Shown here: positions 57,185 through 64,000 of the stretch, piece after piece
Numbering within the stretch: position 1 is the stretch's first letter
How the letters are laid out: the number at the start of each line of letters is the position of its first letter
IMG/VR virus record: IMGVR_UViG_3300034283_001314
Source of the DNA: a virus
Lineage: Duplodnaviria; Heunggongvirae; Uroviricota; Caudoviricetes
Reading direction: 5' to 3' (one strand)
DNA length: 64,000 bases
The notes under the pieces: generated by a model
The model's database searches: none
Seen by the model: the letters and a program-made list of their open reading frames with translations, nothing else
What the model was told of the DNA's origin: nothing
Position numbers and translations under genes: made by a program

Positions 57185-57985
57185 ATGGTTAAGGTAATTG
57201 CAGCAGGAACCTCATTCACATTTGGTTCAGGATTACATTTTTACGAACGATTTAAAAATAATAAAGAACTTACATTTTTTGATTTAGAACCAATTGATAA
57301 CGAAACTAATATTAAAAATTCGTATAGTTCATTATTGGCTAAAAAATTTGATGGAGAAAGTAGTATAGTAGGTACATCCGGTTATTATAATTCATTTTTA
57401 GATTCAATAGCAGAAATTAAAACTTTATTAGAAACTAATTCAAATGTAAAAATTGTTTTGTTTCAATTAATAAATCCAGAAAGAGATTTTTTTATATACA
57501 ATGATGTTATCTATTATTTAGATATTACAAATTATAATACATTTATTGATTCAAAAAATAAATTATTATCTACATTAGATGATAGTATAGATAAAACCGA
57601 TTTTACCGAAAAATTAGATAAAGATATAGAATTATACACATATGATCAATGTCAATGGAAAATAAATCACACTAGGTATTTTATTGATAAATTAACTGAA
57701 TTAAATCATTATCTTACAAGTAAAGGAATAATTTTACAAATATTATCATATTATGATTCATATGATAGTTCACTTTTAAGTTTTCCTAAAAATTCATTTG
57801 TAATTATCAATCATAATGAAATAAGATATTCTAATATTTTTAATTTTGTTAAAAATACTAAATTAAGAATTTGTGATGATATTAACATTACAGATGATGA
57901 ACATCCTAATTTTAAAGCACATGAAATTGTAGCGGAATCGGTATATCAAAATATATTAAAACATCCGTTATATAGAACAATCTAA
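57185..57985 (+). CDS. SGNH-like protein
   Basis: AGTSFTFGSG; C-terminal DEHPNFKAH. Confidence 0.6.
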   Translation: MVKVIAAGTSFTFGSGLHFYERFKNNKELTFFDLEPIDNETNIKNSYSSLLAKKFDGESSIVGTSGYYNSFLDSIAEIKTLLETNSNVKIVLFQLINPERDFFIYNDVIYYLDITNYNTFIDSKNKLLSTLDDSIDKTDFTEKLDKDIELYTYDQCQWKINHTRYFIDKLTELNHYLTSKGIILQILSYYDSYDSSLLSFPKNSFVIINHNEIRYSNIFNFVKNTKLRICDDINITDDEHPNFKAHEIVAESVYQNILKHPLYRTI

Positions 57986-57996
57986 TATTTATATTT

Positions 57997-58314
57997 ATGG
58001 AAAATATATATTCAGTTTTAATTACGGCAATAACCGTACTAGGTGGAACAGGTGCTTGGAGATACTACGAAAAGAGAGCACTAAATAAAGAAAGAGATGA
58101 TGAGTTTATCAGACACGATTGTAAAGACCGTATCTCTAAATTAGAAGCTCTATTAGAAGCTTCCTCAAAAGAAAAAGATGACCTTAGAAATATGGTATTG
58201 GCTCTTACTAAAGAAGTAGCAGCTCTATCTGTAAAAGTTGAATTTCTTACTAAAGAAAATGATAAGTTAGAAAAGGCACTACCAAAAACTAAAAAGCAAC
58301 AATTAAACGGATAA
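57997..58314 (+). CDS. membrane-anchored coiled-coil protein
   Basis: N-terminal TM followed by heptads. Confidence 0.55.
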   Translation: MENIYSVLITAITVLGGTGAWRYYEKRALNKERDDEFIRHDCKDRISKLEALLEASSKEKDDLRNMVLALTKEVAALSVKVEFLTKENDKLEKALPKTKKQQLNG

Positions 58315-58841
58315 TGATTTTATTAAAAGATTTATTAAACGAAGATAAGAAATTAAGAATATTTGATTTTGATGATACACTTGTCAAAACTAAATCGTTT
58401 ATACATGTTACACACAAAGACGGCAAAAAATCTAAATTAACTCCTGGTCAATATGCAGTATATGTAAAAAAGGCAGGTGATGAGTTTGATTACAAAGATT
58501 TTGAAAAAGTGAACAAACCAGAAATGATTGTTGGTTACACTAAATTATTAAAAAGATTTGTAGAAGGTGAAGGACAACGCAAGGTAACTATATTAACAGC
58601 AAGAGCCGCATATAAACCAGTTAAAGAATATTTAAAAGATATCGGATTAGGAAGTGTATATGTAGTTGCATTAGGTGATAGTGACCCACAAAAGAAAGCA
58701 AAATACATAGAAGATATGATTAAGAAAGGATATGATGATGTATTCTTTATTGATGATTCTCCAAAAAATATAGCAGCGGTACAAAAATTAGAGAGAGAGT
58801 ATCCAGAAGTAAAGTTTAGAATACAATTAGCTAGACTTTAA
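58314..58841 (+). CDS. HAD-superfamily phosphatase with MILLKDLLNE N-terminus
   Basis: FDFDDTL, LTAR, K, FIDDSPKN. Confidence 0.75.
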   Translation: MILLKDLLNEDKKLRIFDFDDTLVKTKSFIHVTHKDGKKSKLTPGQYAVYVKKAGDEFDYKDFEKVNKPEMIVGYTKLLKRFVEGEGQRKVTILTARAAYKPVKEYLKDIGLGSVYVVALGDSDPQKKAKYIEDMIKKGYDDVFFIDDSPKNIAAVQKLEREYPEVKFRIQLARL

Positions 58842-58877
58842 TTTGGTAGTATGGGTTTTATTTAGTAAATTAGTTAT

Positions 58878-59642
58878 ATGAAATCATTAAGGTTTTGGAA
58901 AAAAGAAGCATTCGAAGTAACTACCGAACCCATTTGGAATTTAACAGAAAGAATTAATTCAGTTCATACCACATCTGGAAATGATGAAAGTGGAACATGT
59001 ACATATACCTATAACGAATTAGGATATAGGGGTGATTCTATTTACAAAGGTGGGGTAAGAATATTATCAGTAGGTGATTCACATACTGAGGGTGTTGGTG
59101 TAAGTGATGGGGAAACTTGGTCACATCAATTATCAAAACTCATACCAAATGGTGTAGATTTAAATGCTGGATTTGGTGGTAGAAGTAACGATTATATAGC
59201 AAGAACAATACTAACAATGTTTAAGACATTTAGACCTGATATTGTATTGGTAATGTATACATATCCTACTAGAAAAGAATATTACACAAAGAAAGGTGAT
59301 TTACAACCTTTTCATGTTAATCCTTGGGGATATTTTAAAAATGATGAAGTGGGTAAAGATGAACATCAATCGTATTTAAAAATATCACATGATGAAAACG
59401 ATATGATTAATTGGTATAAGAATCATTTATTAATTAGTAATTTTTTAAAAGCTAATAATACACCTTTCTTTTGGAATGGTAGTTTTTTAAATGATAGTAC
59501 CATAAAAGAAGATAATAGATTTGATGGTGAATACGATAATTTTTTAGATAAGTCTGCGGAAAAAACACACGCCGGACCATTGCATAATAAACTTTACGCT
59601 AAAAAATTACATAACTTTTTAAAATCAAAAGATGTCTTTTAA
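58878..59642 (+). CDS. SGNH-like protein
   Basis: NELGYRG, VGDSHTEG, GRSND, C-terminal HAG. Confidence 0.65.
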   Translation: MKSLRFWKKEAFEVTTEPIWNLTERINSVHTTSGNDESGTCTYTYNELGYRGDSIYKGGVRILSVGDSHTEGVGVSDGETWSHQLSKLIPNGVDLNAGFGGRSNDYIARTILTMFKTFRPDIVLVMYTYPTRKEYYTKKGDLQPFHVNPWGYFKNDEVGKDEHQSYLKISHDENDMINWYKNHLLISNFLKANNTPFFWNGSFLNDSTIKEDNRFDGEYDNFLDKSAEKTHAGPLHNKLYAKKLHNFLKSKDVF

Positions 59643-60480
59643 AAAAATATATCTAAATGGTTGTTCTTTTATGTGGGGTATGAATCATTCTAATCCTATT
59701 ACATTCCCGTATTTTGAAGAAACAAAAGATATAGATACATCACATGGGGTTCATTGGAACGGACCCACTCAATTTAATAATTATGATTGGGTTAGACAAA
59801 AATATAATATAGCGGGTAGATTAAAAGAACATTATAATAATAAAGAAGTTATAGATGAATCGATATATGGTGGTTCATTACAAAGAGTAGTAAGAAAAAC
59901 ATACAATTGGATTATTAATAATTACGAATGTGCAACGGATACTTTGTTTATATTAGAATGGCCTATTGGAGTTAGAAACGAAATTTATATACCAATTCAA
60001 AATAGATATGTAAATTATACTTCTAATTTTGATAATTTTGATGGAATGGATCCTTATATTCATAGATTAATGATAAATGAATATTCACCTAACTTCTTTT
60101 CAGAAGAAATTCAGTTTATAGAGGATTTACATTCAATGGTTGGTTTGTTATCTCTTATAAATCAAGTTGGTGGAAAATACTTAATATTATTAGATGAGTT
60201 TCCAATTGAAAACCATTCAACTGAGACTTCAAAATATATAAACGAAGATAGAATTGATGATATATTAAATAAGTTTGTATATCCACACATTGTAAAATTT
60301 AATCATACTGAAAAACAAAATATAACATCTATGATGGAATATTATAGAGATTATGAAAAAGCAACGATTACAAATGATACACATGGAAAATTACAAGATG
60401 AACATAATTCTTTAAGAGGAACTAAATTAATTACAGAACAAATTATAAAAAATATAAATGACAGAAGTAATTATTTTTAA
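59632..60480 (+). CDS. SGNH-like protein
   Basis: NGCSFMWG, GGS, DEHNS. Confidence 0.55.
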   Translation: MSFKKIYLNGCSFMWGMNHSNPITFPYFEETKDIDTSHGVHWNGPTQFNNYDWVRQKYNIAGRLKEHYNNKEVIDESIYGGSLQRVVRKTYNWIINNYECATDTLFILEWPIGVRNEIYIPIQNRYVNYTSNFDNFDGMDPYIHRLMINEYSPNFFSEEIQFIEDLHSMVGLLSLINQVGGKYLILLDEFPIENHSTETSKYINEDRIDDILNKFVYPHIVKFNHTEKQNITSMMEYYRDYEKATITNDTHGKLQDEHNSLRGTKLITEQIIKNINDRSNYF

Positions 60481-61162
60481 GTATAATAGTGATATAGTAC
60501 CAGATTTTAAAGTGATTGCACCTCTTAAACACGGTACTCGTTTTTTATCAGATAACAATCCAGTTGAAAAAAAACGAATTAGTACAGTACACGTAATACA
60601 AAAATTTGAAGATGACCTAACTAATGAATTGTTTGATTTTATTGATAATCCAAAATCTACAAAAACAATAAAATTAAAAAAAATACAAATATTAAAAAAA
60701 CAAGAGAGTTATTTTGTATATAGAAATCCATATGATGCATTTATAAGTGCAATTCAAACTGGATATGCATCTACACAAGCTAATAAATCAACGGATGACT
60801 TAGGTGCAAATATGACAAATAATAACCATTTTTATACACACTATTATAGAGTATTAGAAAGGATTTTAGAAAATACAGAAGATGATATCATTTCGTTTAT
60901 AGAATTAAATGATTTAACTGAATTTTTTAGAATTCAAACACTTAGACCACTTAATTTTTCTAAAGAAAAATATTCATTTGATAGTTATATTACAAAAGAA
61001 GAGCTAGAAAATTTGTGCAAAGAAAAGCATCCAATGTTATGGCATAGATTTATGATTGAAATAGAAAAAGAAAAAATTGCATTAGGTAATTTACTCAAAA
61101 AATTTGATTGGAAAATTAAAATTAATAAAGAAATATCGGATATGCAAAATATAAAACCTTAA
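60458..61162 (+). CDS. putative sulfotransferase-like protein
   Basis: PLKHGTRFL (5'-PSB-like) and YRNPYDAFISA (3'-PB-like). Confidence 0.4.
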   Translation: MTEVIIFKYNSDIVPDFKVIAPLKHGTRFLSDNNPVEKKRISTVHVIQKFEDDLTNELFDFIDNPKSTKTIKLKKIQILKKQESYFVYRNPYDAFISAIQTGYASTQANKSTDDLGANMTNNNHFYTHYYRVLERILENTEDDIISFIELNDLTEFFRIQTLRPLNFSKEKYSFDSYITKEELENLCKEKHPMLWHRFMIEIEKEKIALGNLLKKFDWKIKINKEISDMQNIKP

Positions 61163-61218
61163 TTTATTTGGTAGTTTCTATTTTTTTTAATATATTTGAG
61201 TATAATATTAAATAAACT

Positions 61219-61518
61219 ATGGCACCGAAACAAAAAGAAGGAGAATTTCATATCGGAGATGGAAAGCATCTTATGGTAAAAAGTTCTACGGTCGTATCAA
61301 TGAATGATCAATTAAGATTGATGACCGGAGAAGGAAAGAGTATTACACTAAATGTAGAAATTAAAGCAGATTTTGATAAAATACCACAACCATACCATCA
61401 GATGTTTTTGCAAATGTTACAAATTCGTTATGGTGGAATCGTAAATATTTGGGATAACACACAACCTTTTACACCTCCAGAAAAACAAAAGAAAAAATGG
61501 TATCAAATATGGAAATAA
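61219..61518 (+). CDS. hypothetical protein
   Basis: 99 aa downstream of a TTTG..TATATTTG promoter. Confidence 0.5.
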   Translation: MAPKQKEGEFHIGDGKHLMVKSSTVVSMNDQLRLMTGEGKSITLNVEIKADFDKIPQPYHQMFLQMLQIRYGGIVNIWDNTQPFTPPEKQKKKWYQIWK

Positions 61519-61655
61519 TACAATATCTAATATTAGGAATAATTGGAACATTTATTTGGTTAGGATATGAAATGTATACTGCACCAATGATGGATGAAAA
61601 TGGTAGAATTATTAAGAAAGGAAAACGATTAAAAGATTTGTTTAAAAAAAAGTAA
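61509..61655 (+). CDS. small single-TM protein (48 aa, not in ORF track)
   Basis: MEIIQYLILGIIGTFIWLGYEMYTAPMMDENG...; fills the gap between two ORFs. Confidence 0.55.
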   Translation: MEIIQYLILGIIGTFIWLGYEMYTAPMMDENGRIIKKGKRLKDLFKKK

Positions 61656-61656
61656 T

Positions 61657-61932
61657 ATGAAAGAATTTATACAAAAGTATCAGAAAGCAATTGTTGGAAC
61701 AGGTGCAGTATCAGTATTATTGATATGTTATTATCAACAAAAAGAATTAGCAAAATTGAGAAGTGAAGTGAATAAAATAACTACATCTACTACAATTGAT
61801 AGTTTGGCTACTGAAAATTTTATGTTAAAAACACAGAATGGTAGATATGAATTAAGTTTAGAACACCTGTACGAAGTAAATCCTACGGCGGCTAAACAAT
61901 TTGATGAATATTTACAAAGTGAAACTGAATAA
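61657..61932 (+). CDS. single-TM hypothetical protein
   Basis: N-terminal hydrophobic segment followed by a coiled coil. Confidence 0.5.
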   Translation: MKEFIQKYQKAIVGTGAVSVLLICYYQQKELAKLRSEVNKITTSTTIDSLATENFMLKTQNGRYELSLEHLYEVNPTAAKQFDEYLQSETE

Positions 61933-62726
61933 TGGGAGCGATTTGGTGTAGAGGATGTTCGTTTACATTTGGAGAAGGATTACAATTCTTTTCTAATTTA
62001 AAATCGGTTACTATACCAAAACAACATATGTTTGATTATGAAGAACTAACACATGTTCAATATAGGTTTATTCAAAATAATAGATATTCCAAACTATTAG
62101 CAGATTTATTAGGTAGTGTAGATGTAAATTCATCTAAAAATGGAGGATCAAACGATGGAATATATAAAGAATTACGATTATTAAGTATAAATGATAACGA
62201 AATAAAAATAAAGGATAGAGTTGGGTATAATAGAGAAACATATACAAGATTAGATGAAATAGATTATATTGTAATTCAGTTTACTAACATATACAGAGAT
62301 GAACTATTAATAAATAATAAAGTATATCCACAGCTTAATATGGTTACAAATGTAGATGAGTATATTAAAACATATTTAAAAGATGATTTAACATTTGATG
62401 ATTATACAAAAATTTTATGTGAGCAAACTATTAACAAATTTAAAAATGTCTTTAAAAAGATAGAACAAAAAAAACCAAATATAAAGATAAGAGTATTTAG
62501 TTGGGAAAACGAATTGGATGAATATCTTAGATTAGATGAATATTTTAAAGATAAAATAATCACATTTAATTATAAAGATAAAGAATATAAAACATTAAGA
62601 GATATTGTATACTCAAAATCTAAACTAACAATACAAGAAACATTTCATCCAAATTGTAGAAATGATCAACATATGAATTTAGAAGGACACAAATTAATAG
62701 CAGAATCAATTTTTAAAACTTTATAA
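61932..62726 (+). CDS. SGNH-like protein
   Basis: RGCSFTFGEG, GGSND, IQFT, DQHMNLEGH. Confidence 0.62.
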   Translation: MGAIWCRGCSFTFGEGLQFFSNLKSVTIPKQHMFDYEELTHVQYRFIQNNRYSKLLADLLGSVDVNSSKNGGSNDGIYKELRLLSINDNEIKIKDRVGYNRETYTRLDEIDYIVIQFTNIYRDELLINNKVYPQLNMVTNVDEYIKTYLKDDLTFDDYTKILCEQTINKFKNVFKKIEQKKPNIKIRVFSWENELDEYLRLDEYFKDKIITFNYKDKEYKTLRDIVYSKSKLTIQETFHPNCRNDQHMNLEGHKLIAESIFKTL

Positions 62727-62739
62727 TAAAACAAAAATT

Positions 62740-63117
62740 ATGGGACAACAGCATGTAACACTAAACATCGGAGATGATGGATTAGTAAAATCGGTAGGAC
62801 ATGATATGGGTGGTTCTTACGAAATAGAAACACCTAAATATGAACAATTAGAAATCAATTTTCCAAAAGTAGATGGACAGGGTGAATCTATTTATGAAAC
62901 ATGTATTCAATGTGGTAAAGAAACTACTACATTAAAAAGTACACATATAGATTTTAGAATAGGTTATGTAGAAGGTGCAGGACAATTATGTTGGCATTGT
63001 TATACAGGTAAATCTAGGAGTCTTATCACAATAGATGAGAGAACTATCATTGATACACCTAACGATGCAGAATTGGGTGCAAAGGTACGCAGACAGTACT
63101 TTGAAAATAAGTCCTAA
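62740..63117 (+). CDS. zinc-finger hypothetical protein
   Basis: CIQC...YVEGAGQLCWHC; TPNDAELGAKVR. Confidence 0.55.
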   Translation: MGQQHVTLNIGDDGLVKSVGHDMGGSYEIETPKYEQLEINFPKVDGQGESIYETCIQCGKETTTLKSTHIDFRIGYVEGAGQLCWHCYTGKSRSLITIDERTIIDTPNDAELGAKVRRQYFENKS

Positions 63118-63227
63118 AATATTTGGAAAACTGAAAAATTGTCAGTATCTTTATGGTATAAATGGTTCGTATATATTATAGTTATTTACGAATTCGGTTA
63201 CATATTTTTTAAATTAAAAGAAAGTTT

Positions 63228-63410
63228 ATGGGAAGTAAAAAACAAGAAATTTTCGAAACAATGAAATCGTTGTTCGTAAAATTTGAAGAAGAGCACAACA
63301 AGACAACAAAAGTATCTCAAAAGAATGCACGAACGTATATCGGCGACTTAAAGAAGTTAGTTACAGATTACCGACAAGCATCAGTTGAAGAGACGAAAAA
63401 CAGTAAGTAA
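63228..63410 (+). CDS. Hc1/histone H1-like small nucleoid protein
   Basis: K...KNAR...GDLKKLVTDYRQASV helical-hairpin pattern. Confidence 0.6.
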   Translation: MGSKKQEIFETMKSLFVKFEEEHNKTTKVSQKNARTYIGDLKKLVTDYRQASVEETKNSK

Positions 63411-63417
63411 ACCCAAT

Positions 63418-63449
63418 GGGGGTGGAAAGTAATATCTCCACCCCTTTTT
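63418..63449 (+). terminator. intrinsic terminator
   Basis: GGGGTGGA...TCCACCCC followed by TTTTT. Confidence 0.7.
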
Positions 63450-63477
63450 ATTTTTAAACCAAAACACAAAAACAAAC

Positions 63478-64000
63478 ATGAAAAAAGCGATTTTATCGTT
63501 GTTCCTTTCAGTATCAGTTTTAATGGGATTCGGTCAAGTTACCACATCCTCTATTTCTGGTGTAGTTAAGAACGAAAAGCAAGAAGTGTTGGTAGGTGCT
63601 ACAATACATGTAGTTCACACTCCAACAGGTACTCAGTACAAAACCGTAACAAATAAGAATGGTGTTTATGCATTACCTGCAGTAAGAGTAGGTGGCCCAT
63701 ACACATTACATGCTTCATTTGTTGGATTTAGAAAAGGTGAAGAAACAGATGTAAACGCTCAATTGGGTGTAACTACAAATGTGAACTTTACATTAGTAGA
63801 TGAGAAATCAACTCTTAAAGAAGTAGTTGTGACTGGAACAAAATCTGGATTATTCTCAAAAGAAAAGACAGGAGCAGCACAACAATTTACTCGTAGAGAG
63901 TTACAAACTATTCCAATTACAGGAGCTAGAACAATCAATGGTATTACTAAATACAATCCATTCGGTGATGGTTCTTCATTTGGAGCACAAGATTCTCGTT
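63478..64000 (+). CDS. TonB-dependent receptor (Oar-like), truncated by the window end
   Basis: signal peptide MKKAILSLFLSVSVLMGFGQ; CarboxypepD_reg-like domain (ISGVV..GATI..RVGGPY..SFVG); LKEVVVTG TonB-box region. Confidence 0.8.
   Translation, partial: MKKAILSLFLSVSVLMGFGQVTTSSISGVVKNEKQEVLVGATIHVVHTPTGTQYKTVTNKNGVYALPAVRVGGPYTLHASFVGFRKGEETDVNAQLGVTTNVNFTLVDEKSTLKEVVVTGTKSGLFSKEKTGAAQQFTRRELQTIPITGARTINGITKYNPFGDGSSFGAQDSR

Noticed and set aside
1-64000. Minus-strand and nested alternative-frame ORFs in the track
   Set aside because: They overlap well-supported + strand genes or tRNAs and show no recognisable motifs; treated as shadow ORFs.
1-64000. Stop-codon reassignment (alternative genetic code)
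   Set aside because: Core genes are full length in code 11, TAG and TGA both terminate genes, and no suppressor tRNA is present.

Overview
This window is a very AT-rich, single-strand-coded (+) segment of a large T4-like (jumbo/huge) phage genome. The host is most likely in the Bacteroidota: the window has repeated TTTG-N~20-TAnnTTTG-type promoters, mostly no Shine-Dalgarno sequences, a Bacteroidota-style tmRNA resume context and an Oar-like TonB-dependent receptor. Contents in order: (1) end of a baseplate module, a PhyH dioxygenase, a short family-A polymerase, putative head-internal proteins and a CysC mini-cluster; (2) T4-like replication and nucleotide genes (gp32 SSB, RecA/UvsX, RNase H/5'-exonuclease, gp41 helicase, NrdJ, thioredoxin, PolB, clamp, clamp loaders, dUTPase, GroES, two amino-methyltransferases); (3) a ~4.2 kb stable-RNA island (21160-25313) with tmRNA, a ~870-nt GOLLD-like ncRNA, 18 tRNAs and several small unexplained structured RNAs; (4) a ~12.6 kb cluster of secreted, lipoprotein and outer-membrane genes (CsgG-like, cohesin/dockerin-like, C-type lectin, beta-barrels); (5) glycosyltransferase and SGNH-family genes. 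The most striking observation is a putative ribosome-dependent attenuator in front of the main tRNA array. A 22-codon leader peptide contains all 11 amino acids whose tRNAs follow directly, and its stop codon overlaps an antiterminator strand that competes with an intrinsic terminator. All protein calls come from motif recognition by eye, with no database search.
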